Notes: generated by a model not told the origin, from the letters alone. Positions 17,601 through 24,809 are shown, counted from the first letter of the stretch. The stretch is DNA of 39,695 bases from an uncultured Gammaproteobacteria bacterium (GCA_964544105.1 CAZIZQ010000004.1:1-39695), one strand, 5' to 3'. Made by a program: numbers and translations.

Positions 17601-17830
17601 AGGCAACTGGTTTTAAAGAAAACGTGCTTGGAGTATCCACAGTTAAAGAAGTAATAAACAACCAAAAGGTATTATCACAAGAAGAACAAAAAAATGCACT
17701 TCCAAAACCCTCCCCAATTGTTTATCAAAAAAATGGTGTAGATACAAAAGAGGCAATTATAATTATTATTTCCGGAATATCAATTCTTTCTACGGGATTC
17801 TATTTGTTAAAAACAAAACTATCCAAATAA
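14687..17830 (+). CDS. Large multidomain cell-surface protein (LamG/DUF1080-like + C39-like peptidase + Ig/Fn3 repeats, C-terminal TM anchor)
   Basis: Signal peptide, then a concanavalin-like domain ending YFDNIVVTN. C39-like papain-fold triad candidates: Q in LLKQTD, C in WGCAMTSAAMILNYHG, H in PDHFIVAKG. A chitobiase/Fn3-associated-like module (IFYTLDGSDP..AGNKSEV). Two Fn3-like modules (FTVTWTTDRPSYSRLVFG..GTTYYYRL; VALSWKEG..YYFKVRAGN) separated by a TPTPTPTPTP linker. C-terminal hydrophobic anchor AIIIIISGISILSTGFYLL followed by KTK. GTG at 14687 and ATG at 14690 are both possible starts. Confidence 0.8.
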   Translation: MMKKLIAIRFLFCLVIFIASFAIATPRSFASHKVFKENFDSNSEGSFPNGWTIVNDPDRIPCLAQWKTIGGMAGIAIVNQAFCTTNIMPNDNLWNNLGDNYIFEFDMKFVKGSGHNVAFRFTPSTPTNNWYDLSFILSGDFLLERVTGNYTINIPSKYPIGKTYHMKIILDHKNIKIYIDNVLVRDFTSTVDNFPTGRIALRAGTGTDVNSETYFDNIVVTNIDAPLDVPLLKQTDSLWKDDEYDTATEWAEAGEATTINRWGCAMTSAAMILNYHGIKKLPDGSDLQPDTLNLWLKNYEGDNGGYIRGDVNWAAIASLSKLAKTVNNITDFDALEFVWGDNDTTKLKNQLDSNNPVILQVPDHFIVAKGVNGDTFDINDPFYDDRHTLKDEYNNTYLSSRRFIPSFTNLSYLIVVVDPDVDMYLTNSSGQKAGSNGITTYTDIPNAVYYLEHGIKDPISKTTSPDYKMLLIPKPNNDTYSITIATTSAAINQFKLETYRHTATGSATVNKISSQTRTDEPAMYSFSYQQNPSTTPSAPTDTTPPQIKSTKTLDTNNNDKIDTIEVTFVRDINGTTVNPTGTDFTVDGYDIKKAKETSPGVVQITVSEKSTNDTGVTPLVTLKNNNIKDTTSDTYNHQQTATPTDGIAPTKPTTNPPGDKYLSPQKVELTSLDKPNKPTIFYTLDGSDPATSSAKLIYTAPVIIDGSSITLKAIAQDAAGNKSEVMTESYEIAPKIDDTSITVATSSATSFTVTWTTDRPSYSRLVFGTKSKKVKGSDTKYGYDKTTNEASIKQTTHTITLSGLTAGTTYYYRLISRGSPEQVTDERSITLANDSTPTPTPTPTPLVSPEPAAKAETTISSNSTSSTVCSDEKPQSGPTITSSFAGINTVALSWKEGSGPISYYLIAYGTEPGKLQYGNPNIGGKGTTSFVVENLSGWQTYYFKVRAGNGCTPGDYSNEISATPIGFSEEGQATGFKENVLGVSTVKEVINNQKVLSQEEQKNALPKPSPIVYQKNGVDTKEAIIIIISGISILSTGFYLLKTKLSK

Positions 17831-17842
17831 TCTATTATTTTC

Positions 17843-18967
17843 TTACTCGCAGAGATCTTTGTAATATTCTCCAAGAGTAGGATCATTTAATACGAATCTT
17901 CTTAGTTTTTCAAGTGCCTTTTTCTCTTCCCGTCTTGCTATTTCCCCACTCGTTCCTATATATTTCCCAACCATCTTATATGATAAAACCTTTTTCCCTC
18001 CATGTCGAAGTGCTATAACTGATTTTTGTCTATCTGTAAGTCCGGCGGCAGCTAACACATTTAGGGTAAATTTTTCTAGAGGCTCTGCTCTGTCTAATGC
18101 TTCTGCTTCGGTTTTTGCTTCGGGATCCTGAACAAAACCACCAAGAGTTTCATCGCCTTCGCCTAATGGCTTTTCGAGACTCGCCACACCAGCAAGTCTA
18201 TAATTTAAATCTAAAACATATTTTACTCTACGTAGAGGTATACCAGATCGTACCGAAAGCTCCTCCTCACTAAGCTCGACGCCAGTAGCCATAAGATGCT
18301 GCAAGCTTATTTTCCTAAGGTTTCTCAAATCTCGCAAAACCTCTACAGGAAGCCGCACAAACCTTCCTCCATCATCAATAGCGTGGGTTACTGCAGTTCG
18401 TATCCACCATGTTACATGGGTATCAAATTTATTTCCTCTCCACCATGAAAACTCTGGTGTTTTTTCAACTAAGCCAACATTTCCTATCTGAATAAGATCT
18501 GACAAAGAAAATCCTCTGCCAATATATTTCTTGGCAATAGAAACAACCAAGCGGAGATTTGCTTCTATTAAGTCATGCTCTGCTTCTTTACCTTTTTTAA
18601 TATATTCATCAAATTTAGAGTTATTTAGATTTTCCAAAAAAACTTCTTCATCAGGAATACGTAATCCCACTACCGTACTATACTTATCTCCTGGTCTATG
18701 CTCCTCAACAATCACAGAATGTCCAAAAACTCCTGCTACCCCAAGAACCTCTTGGGCAATAATTTCTGAATTTTTCAGTGGAAGCATGCCATTTTCTGCT
18801 TTTATTTCCCCTAAAGCATATGCTTTTAAAATGGAAACCATTTGTCCCCTCTCCATTTCTTGGGACAACGATCTCTCTTTTTCTGGTGTTAAAAGAGGAG
18901 TTTCACCCATTTCTCTTCTGTAGGTTGTTAGTGGATTCTCTCCTTCTAATTCTCGTAGAGCTGCCAT
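17843..18967 (-). CDS. RNA polymerase sigma-70 family factor (RpoD-like but divergent)
   Basis: Region 1.2 YRREMGETPLLTPEKERSL. Regions 2.1-2.4 LIEANLRLVVSIAKKY / DLIQIGNVGLVEK / KFDTHVTWWIRTAVTHAI. Region 3 VRLPVEV. Region 4.2 SYKMVGKYIGTSGEIARREEKKALEKLR. A ~70-aa non-conserved insert sits between regions 1.2 and 2. Confidence 0.8.
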   Translation of the reverse strand: MAALRELEGENPLTTYRREMGETPLLTPEKERSLSQEMERGQMVSILKAYALGEIKAENGMLPLKNSEIIAQEVLGVAGVFGHSVIVEEHRPGDKYSTVVGLRIPDEEVFLENLNNSKFDEYIKKGKEAEHDLIEANLRLVVSIAKKYIGRGFSLSDLIQIGNVGLVEKTPEFSWWRGNKFDTHVTWWIRTAVTHAIDDGGRFVRLPVEVLRDLRNLRKISLQHLMATGVELSEEELSVRSGIPLRRVKYVLDLNYRLAGVASLEKPLGEGDETLGGFVQDPEAKTEAEALDRAEPLEKFTLNVLAAAGLTDRQKSVIALRHGGKKVLSYKMVGKYIGTSGEIARREEKKALEKLRRFVLNDPTLGEYYKDLCE

Positions 18968-18987
18968 CGTATGTTTATACTACATAA

Positions 18988-19758
18988 TTAATATCTATGT
19001 CCAAAAGCCCTTGCAGGATCAAATTGCGCTGACAACAATAAATAGCTTTGGACAATTTCTTCTGCTCGTTGTCTGGTATAAATATGTGAATTACCTTGTG
19101 GGTTCGTCTTTAACCGATACATAATTCTATCATGATTATTTGGATCTGTATTAATATATTCTAATCCTCTTAAGTGAAGTCGTCCTGTTTCTTTCTCGCT
19201 TTCACTATACCCGCTGTCTGCCCATAAAATTATTCTACTTATTGCATCATCCTCATCAAAAATGGCTTTTCCCTGCATCTGCATCTGTGCTCGCAATGCT
19301 TCAAAAAGATACGGCGCAAACATCCACCAAGCTTGAACATCATAACGATTCCAATCTCCGCTTATTACAGCGCGCGCTCGCTCCATAGCAGCGCCATACA
19401 TTGCTTTTTTAGCTTGGTCTGCTAATCTGTCGTACAATTCTTTTCCTCTTCTTAAAAAAGCCTCCCCAAAAGCTTTTTGTATAGGTGATGAAACTGGTTG
19501 TAACAGATAAATTATTCCCCTGCTATCCCATGCCCGATTATCATCATATGCATCAATCTCTTCCCACCTTTCTTGAGGTATGTTAAATCCAACAAGCAAC
19601 CTTCCTAACCCAGCTCTATCACTATAGGAAGAAGGTACATTTAGCAGACGTCCAGTGTCTAAAACTGCGTCTCTATAATTAAGACGCTGTGGTGGTTCTT
19701 TGCCAAAACCTTGTTCTATCATAAACGGTAGTATATCAAAAAACCTTCCTAAAATCAA
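18988..19758 (-). CDS. Hypothetical protein (no recognisable family), immediately upstream of and co-oriented with the sigma factor
   Basis: 256-aa ORF, Arg/Trp/Tyr-rich and soluble. 20-nt gap to the sigma gene start. Confidence 0.5.
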   Translation of the reverse strand: MILGRFFDILPFMIEQGFGKEPPQRLNYRDAVLDTGRLLNVPSSYSDRAGLGRLLVGFNIPQERWEEIDAYDDNRAWDSRGIIYLLQPVSSPIQKAFGEAFLRRGKELYDRLADQAKKAMYGAAMERARAVISGDWNRYDVQAWWMFAPYLFEALRAQMQMQGKAIFDEDDAISRIILWADSGYSESEKETGRLHLRGLEYINTDPNNHDRIMYRLKTNPQGNSHIYTRQRAEEIVQSYLLLSAQFDPARAFGHRY

Positions 19759-19793
19759 ACTATAGGTTATTGATTTTCCCCCAGCTTATGATA

Positions 19794-19890
19794 AACTCAT
19801 GTCGGGGAGCTTGAGTTCAGGCTGAGAGTCTGCCAACTGGCGGAGACCCAATGAACCTGTTTGGATAATACCAGCGGAGGGAAATATGAT
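19794..19890 (+). promoter_or_regulatory. TPP (THI-box) riboswitch
   Basis: Conserved elements in order: ggggagc, gctgaga, accc, gaacctgtttggataataccagcggagggaa (compare ACCUGAUCUGGAUAAUGCCAGCG.AGGGAA). The putative P1 pairs tcat (19796-19799) with atga (19886-19889), so the SD-like ggaggg and the ATG are inside the aptamer. Confidence 0.85.
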
Positions 19891-20926
19891 GCCTAGTAGC
19901 AAAACAAGTATTGCAGTTGTTATTTTTCTTCTGTTTCTCTTTTTGGGAGGTGCATGGGTTTTAGGAAAACAATATAACAAACCTCCAGTACCCAAAGAAA
20001 AACCAAACCCCGTTATTTCCCTTGCCCTCGATTACACACCCAATACCAATCACACCGGCATTTATGTTGCCAAGAAAAAAGGATATTACAAAGAAGCAGG
20101 AATTGATATAAACATTCTGCCCTACTCGGGAAACGTTTCTCCCGAAGTATTAGTGTCAACCAATAAAGCTGACCTTGGCATAAGTTATACCGAAGGCGTG
20201 GTTACTTCTGCTGCTTCAGGCAATCCGGTTGTTTCTCTTGCTGCAATTATTAGCCACAACACATCGTCAATAGTGGCTCTAGAAGATTCTAAAATCAAAA
20301 CCCCAAAAGACTTAGACGGCAAAGCGTACGGCGGATTTGGCGCGCCCTTTGAAAACGCGGTCATTTCCGAGATGATCAAAAAAAATGGCGGCAAAGGCAC
20401 CTTCAAAACAGTGCTTTTGGATATGGATGGAATAAAGGCGCTGGAAACCAAGAAAATAGACTTTGTCTGGATCTTTGACGCCTGGACAGGCATCCAAGCC
20501 AAACGACAAGGAGTAAAACTTGTTTCGTTTCCCCTGGTAGATAACGGCATACCCGACTATTACACCCCGGTCATAATTTCGGCCTCCAAACAAATAAAAG
20601 AAAAGCCAGAGTTGCTGCGAAAATTTATTAAAGCCACAGCCCGTGGTTATACTTTTGCCATTCAAAACCCGGAAGAATCGGCAAAAATTCTCATCGATAG
20701 CGTCCAAAAGGGCACCTTTCCAGACCCAGATTTTGTTATTGAAAGCCAAAAATATTTAAGCCCCCTCTACGCCGATAAAGACAAAGCATGGGGAATACAA
20801 GATGAAAAAGCCTGGCGTGATTTTCCCCAGTTTATTCTTGAAACAGGCGAAATAAAAGATGCAACCGGTTCTGCTGTCAAAACACTCGATTACAACAGTC
20901 TCTACACCAACGAGTTTCTAAAATAA
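19886..20926 (+). CDS. ABC transporter substrate-binding protein, NMT1/THI5-like (ThiY-like)
   Basis: N-terminal membrane or lipoprotein anchor. ALDYTPNTNHTGIYVAKKKGYYKEAGIDINILPYSG is typical of the NMT1/THI5 (NitT/TauT-type) binding fold. It is the first gene after the TPP riboswitch. Confidence 0.75.
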   Translation: MMPSSKTSIAVVIFLLFLFLGGAWVLGKQYNKPPVPKEKPNPVISLALDYTPNTNHTGIYVAKKKGYYKEAGIDINILPYSGNVSPEVLVSTNKADLGISYTEGVVTSAASGNPVVSLAAIISHNTSSIVALEDSKIKTPKDLDGKAYGGFGAPFENAVISEMIKKNGGKGTFKTVLLDMDGIKALETKKIDFVWIFDAWTGIQAKRQGVKLVSFPLVDNGIPDYYTPVIISASKQIKEKPELLRKFIKATARGYTFAIQNPEESAKILIDSVQKGTFPDPDFVIESQKYLSPLYADKDKAWGIQDEKAWRDFPQFILETGEIKDATGSAVKTLDYNSLYTNEFLK

Positions 20927-20930
20927 CCCC

Positions 20931-21662
20931 GTGCAATTACAACTAGTTACACATAATCTTTCGAAAATTTATTGCGAGTCGACGATATTTTCCAATGTAT
21001 CCATCTCTGTAAAAAAAGGTGAGTTTGTCAGCATTCTTGGCCCCAGCGGCTGTGGCAAAACAACCCTCCTGCATTGCATTGCGGGGCTCGAAAAACCAAC
21101 AAATGGCACCATATCCGTTTCCGAAAAACCAGGCTACATGTTACAAAAACCCCTCTTGTTATCCTGGAAAACTACACTCGAAAATACAAGTCTAGGTTTG
21201 CTCCTTAAAGGAATCCCACAAAAGAAAGCAAAACAAGAAGCGCTCGTAATTCTTAAAAAATTTCAACTTGACCAGTTTGCCAATCACTACCCTGCAACAC
21301 TTTCCGGTGGCATGGCACAGCGCGTGGCACTGCTTCGAACCATCCTTTTTAATAACCGATATTTGCTAATGGACGAACCATTCGGGGCACTGGACGCCTT
21401 AACTCGCCTCTCAATGCAAATGTGGCTACTGGACGTTTGGCAGGCCTTTAAAGCAAGCGTTTTATTTATTACCCACGACATCCGAGAAGCAATTTTGCTT
21501 TCCGACAAAATATATATACTTGGTAATTCTCCAACTACAGTTGTAAAAGAAATGGTAATCGACCTCCCTAGGCCACGGAGGCGGGAATTGTTGCAGCAAA
21601 AAAAAGCCCTTGAAATCGAAAAAACACTCGAAAAAATTCTTCTTGCCAATATATATGACTAA
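20931..21662 (+). CDS. ABC transporter ATP-binding protein (ThiZ-like)
   Basis: Walker A GPSGCGKTT, signature LSGGMAQR, Walker B LLMDEPFGALD, H-loop ITHD. GTG start. Confidence 0.85.
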   Translation: MQLQLVTHNLSKIYCESTIFSNVSISVKKGEFVSILGPSGCGKTTLLHCIAGLEKPTNGTISVSEKPGYMLQKPLLLSWKTTLENTSLGLLLKGIPQKKAKQEALVILKKFQLDQFANHYPATLSGGMAQRVALLRTILFNNRYLLMDEPFGALDALTRLSMQMWLLDVWQAFKASVLFITHDIREAILLSDKIYILGNSPTTVVKEMVIDLPRPRRRELLQQKKALEIEKTLEKILLANIYD

Positions 21663-22404
21663 CAAACACCTAATTACTTTTGGCCCTGCTGTTACACTTT
21701 TTGCTTCACTTATCGCATTATGGGAAATATTTGTTGCTACATCTGGAATTAGCAACCAAATTCTTCCCGCACCCTCTGCTATTTTTGCCGCATTTACCAG
21801 AAATTGGGATATTATGCTTCCCCATATCCAGCAAACACTACTCGAAACCCTACTTGGCATTATCGTTGCCATATTTTTGGGTGTTGCAACTGCGGTACTG
21901 CTCGACACCTCTTCCTGGATCCGTAGATCTATTTATCCTCTTCTAATTACCTCCCAAACCATCCCCATTATTGCCCTAGCCCCGCTCCTTCTTATCTGGC
22001 TGGGATTTGATATATGGTCAAAAGTTGTTGTGGTAACTCTATTTTGCTTCTTTCCCATTGCAATTGCAGTGGCCGACGGGTTTGCCCGGGCAGACCAAGA
22101 TCTCGTGATACTTTTTAAGAGCATGAACGCTTCCTATGTTAATACTATGCGCTACCTAAAATTCCCTTTTGCACTACCTGCTTTTTTCTCTGGCCTTAAA
22201 ATTGCCGTAACATATAGTATAACCGGGGCCATGATTGGTGAATATGTGGGCGCAGAAAGGGGCTTGGGAATTTTTATCCAAACATCTGCCAATGCCTATG
22301 CAATAACTCTTGTCTTTGCCACTATTTTTGTCACATCAATTTTGAGCCTGTTGCTTTTTGCATTTGTAATGATGCTGGAAAGATTTTTTATACGCTATGA
22401 ATAA
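21655..22404 (+). CDS. ABC transporter permease (ThiX-like)
   Basis: Six hydrophobic helices with a binding-protein-dependent transport-type topology. The ATG at 21655 overlaps the ATPase stop (atgactaa); the longer ORF from 21610 is unlikely. Confidence 0.8.
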   Translation: MTNKHLITFGPAVTLFASLIALWEIFVATSGISNQILPAPSAIFAAFTRNWDIMLPHIQQTLLETLLGIIVAIFLGVATAVLLDTSSWIRRSIYPLLITSQTIPIIALAPLLLIWLGFDIWSKVVVVTLFCFFPIAIAVADGFARADQDLVILFKSMNASYVNTMRYLKFPFALPAFFSGLKIAVTYSITGAMIGEYVGAERGLGIFIQTSANAYAITLVFATIFVTSILSLLLFAFVMMLERFFIRYE

Positions 22405-23071
22405 AGCAGTAATTTTTTTAAATGGGGACAAAACCGATGTATCACAAGTAAAAAAGTTGATTGATAATCAAACACTTGTCATCGGCTGCGACGGCGGTAC
22501 AAAACACGCAATTGGTTTGGGAATAACCCCCCATATTATTCTTGGTGATATGGATTCTATTTTTTCTCAACTTAAAAAAGAACTTGAAAAGAAAAAAGTG
22601 AAGTTTGTTTCCTTTCCAACAAAAAAAGACAACACCGACGCAGAATTGGCATTACAATACGCTATTATTCAAGGCTGTAACGAGATTATCTTAACTGGAA
22701 TTCTAGGAACACGTATCGATCATATGTTAGCAACTATCCACATGCTGGCCAATCCAAAATATAAAAATCTTTCATTACAAATTATCGAAAGGAATCAACA
22801 CATGTATATCGTATGGGATAAAATAAAACTGACTGGCAAAAAAGGAGACCTTGTATCTTTTATCCCACTCAACGGAGACGCAATTGGCATCACCACCCAA
22901 AACCTCGCCTACTCCTTGCAAGGTGAGAGCTTGCGAGGCTACGAGACACTTGGAATAAGTAATGTGATGACAAAAAATACAGCCGATGTTTCTGTAAAAA
23001 AAGGGGCATTGCTAGTCACTCAATGCTCTGTGGACGATAGAGGATTTGAACCTCTGACTTCTTCAATGTGA
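22397..23071 (+). CDS. thiN: Thiamine pyrophosphokinase
   Basis: VIGCDGG, ILGDMDS and KDNTDAELAL motifs plus a C-terminal thiamin-binding beta domain. Last gene of the riboswitch operon. Its 3' end runs antisense into tRNA-Val. Confidence 0.8.
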   Translation: MNKAVIFLNGDKTDVSQVKKLIDNQTLVIGCDGGTKHAIGLGITPHIILGDMDSIFSQLKKELEKKKVKFVSFPTKKDNTDAELALQYAIIQGCNEIILTGILGTRIDHMLATIHMLANPKYKNLSLQIIERNQHMYIVWDKIKLTGKKGDLVSFIPLNGDAIGITTQNLAYSLQGESLRGYETLGISNVMTKNTADVSVKKGALLVTQCSVDDRGFEPLTSSM

Positions 23072-23102
23072 ATGAAGCGCTCTACCGCTGAGCTAATCGT
23101 CC
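23031..23102 (-). tRNA. tRNA-Val (anticodon CAC)
   Basis: Reverse-complement cloverleaf: acceptor GGACGAT/ATCGTCC, D arm GCTC-AGCGGTA-GAGC, anticodon arm CTTCA-TTCACAT-TGAAG, variable loop AAGTC, T arm AGAGG-TTCAAAT-CCTCT, discriminator A. CCA is not encoded. Confidence 0.85.
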
Positions 23103-23132
23103 GCTGCCCAATCTTATCACACATATTTCCAA

Positions 23133-23161
23133 TTGACAAAAAAATACTCCTCTGGCAGAAT
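23133..23161 (+). promoter_or_regulatory. Possible sigma-70-type promoter for lepB
   Basis: TTGACA (23133-23138), 17-nt spacer, CAGAAT (23156-23161). The ATG at 23175 follows 13 nt later, implying a very short leader. Confidence 0.25.
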
Positions 23162-23174
23162 AGAATATACCTTT

Positions 23175-23738
23175 ATGGGTGGAAAAATTGTAACATTCTT
23201 TGTTGACATCGCACAAACAGTCATACTGGCTTTTTCCATCTTCCTGGTCACTTATATTTTCCTCTTCCGGCCATTCCAGGTGAGCGGGGCATCGATGCTT
23301 CCTACATTTGAAGACAAACAATATATTTTGACAAATCTCATTTCCCTTCGTTTTGAATCATTAAAAGTCGGGGATGTGGTTGTTTTTGTGGCACCAAACC
23401 AGGAAAATACCGAATTCAAAAAAGACTATATAAAACGCATCATCGGCATACCTGGAGACAGTGTGTATATAAAAGACGGCCGGATATTTAGAAACGGCGA
23501 GTTACTTGATGAAAGTAAATACCTCAACAGCGATGTCAAAACATATGGCGGCGCTTTTATGAAAGAGGGTATTCCCGTAACAGTTCCCGAAGACTCATAC
23601 ATTGTCATTGGCGACAATAGACCTTATAGTTCGGATTCCCGGGAATGGGGATTTATAAAAAAAAGTGAGATTATCGGAAAATCATTTTTTCTCTACTGGC
23701 CGATAAGCAAAATGCAGGTTATTAAAAACCCTTTTTAA
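23175..23738 (+). CDS. lepB: Signal peptidase I
   Basis: N-terminal TM, catalytic Ser box SGASMLPT, Lys box YIKRIIGIPGD, box E GDNRPYSSDSREWG. The ORF-track start at 23133 is the TTG of the putative -35 box. Confidence 0.8.
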   Translation: MGGKIVTFFVDIAQTVILAFSIFLVTYIFLFRPFQVSGASMLPTFEDKQYILTNLISLRFESLKVGDVVVFVAPNQENTEFKKDYIKRIIGIPGDSVYIKDGRIFRNGELLDESKYLNSDVKTYGGAFMKEGIPVTVPEDSYIVIGDNRPYSSDSREWGFIKKSEIIGKSFFLYWPISKMQVIKNPF

Positions 23739-24553
23739 TTTTCCGAGAGAAGTTGGTAAATCTTTTTTAGTTTTGGTGTTGTCACATCCACATCGCCTCT
23801 TACCACCATCACAATTCTGGCCTGGCTACGCGATTGAAACACATTAACATTTTGCAGTTCAAGTTTTTTCTCGATATTTTTTGCCATCTCATCAAGCTCT
23901 GGCACCCATAACTTGTCTTTTTCTGTCCTTCCTTCTTTTTGTTGCACTTCACTTTTTATCCCCCTAGCGAGCTCTTCTGTCTGCCTCACAGTAGTATTCT
24001 CTTTAAGAATCTTTTTAAAAAGCTCAAGCATAAGCTTGGGGTCGCCCAAAGAAATAAGGGGACGGACATGCCCTTCGGTAATTACTCCGGCAACTAACGC
24101 GTCTTTAATTGCATCTGGAAGAGAAAGCAAACGAATGGTATTGGAAACTGTCGGAGCGCTTTTTCCCACCCGCTTTGCAACTTCGTTTGTACCAAGACCA
24201 AACTCATCAATAAGCCTTTTATAGGCAAGGGCGCGCTCAATCGGATTTAGGTCTTCCCGCTGGACATTCTCCACAATCGACATTTCCAGCATGCCTTGCG
24301 GTGTTGTTTCAATAACCACTACCGGCACTTTTTGCAGTCCGGCAAGCTTTGCCGCCCTAAAGCGTCTTTCTCCGGCAATAAGCTGGAATCCTGCCGGTGT
24401 TTTAGCCACCACCAATGGCTCTAAAATTCCCTGCTCACGAATAGAATCGACCAGTTCGGTTATTGATTCTGTTGTAATAAGACCTCTGGGCTGAAGCGGA
24501 TTTGGCTGCAATAACGAAAGTTCAAGTTCGAATATTCTCTCTTGATTATCCAT
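23735..24553 (-). CDS. parB: ParB/Spo0J-family partition protein
   Basis: LQPNPLQPR, EPLVV, LIAGERRFRAAKLAG (ParB box) and a central HTH (NEVAKRVGKSAPTVSN). Confidence 0.85.
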   Translation of the reverse strand: MDNQERIFELELSLLQPNPLQPRGLITTESITELVDSIREQGILEPLVVAKTPAGFQLIAGERRFRAAKLAGLQKVPVVVIETTPQGMLEMSIVENVQREDLNPIERALAYKRLIDEFGLGTNEVAKRVGKSAPTVSNTIRLLSLPDAIKDALVAGVITEGHVRPLISLGDPKLMLELFKKILKENTTVRQTEELARGIKSEVQQKEGRTEKDKLWVPELDEMAKNIEKKLELQNVNVFQSRSQARIVMVVRGDVDVTTPKLKKIYQLLSEN

Positions 24554-24557
24554 ACAA

Positions 24558-24809
24558 CTATTTAGTAACCACGTTTACAAATTTTTTACCTCGTAATGTC
24601 TTAAATAAAACATTACCTGCAGTTTTCGCATAAAGTGTAAAATCTTTCCCCATTAATACATTTACACCTGGAAAAAATTTTGATCCCTTTTGACGGATAA
24701 TAATACTGCCGGCCTTTGCCAACTGCCCGCCAAAAAGTTTGACGCCTAAACGCTTAGCAATTGAATCCCGATTTCCTTTTACTGACCCTTGTGCTTTTGT
24801 ATGTGCCAT
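24558..24809 (-). CDS. rpmA: 50S ribosomal protein L27
   Basis: MAHTKAQGSVKGNRDSIAKRLGVKLFGGQ...IIIRQKGSKFFPG. There is no N-terminal propeptide. Confidence 0.95.
   Translation of the reverse strand: MAHTKAQGSVKGNRDSIAKRLGVKLFGGQLAKAGSIIIRQKGSKFFPGVNVLMGKDFTLYAKTAGNVLFKTLRGKKFVNVVTK

Noticed and set aside
19829-19846. Similarity of the riboswitch P3 stem (tctgccaactggcgga) to the murG palindrome (tccgccagctggcgga), 14 of 16 positions identical
   Set aside because: The riboswitch segment is explained as the variable P3 hairpin between CUGAGA and ACCC. With only one such pair, the resemblance is most simply chance between two GC-rich hairpins.
19786-19995. 69-aa minus-strand ORF spanning the region upstream of the ABC binding-protein gene
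   Set aside because: It lies antisense to a clearly recognisable TPP riboswitch and to the 5' end of the binding-protein gene. The composition looks like a chance ORF, and there is no motif.
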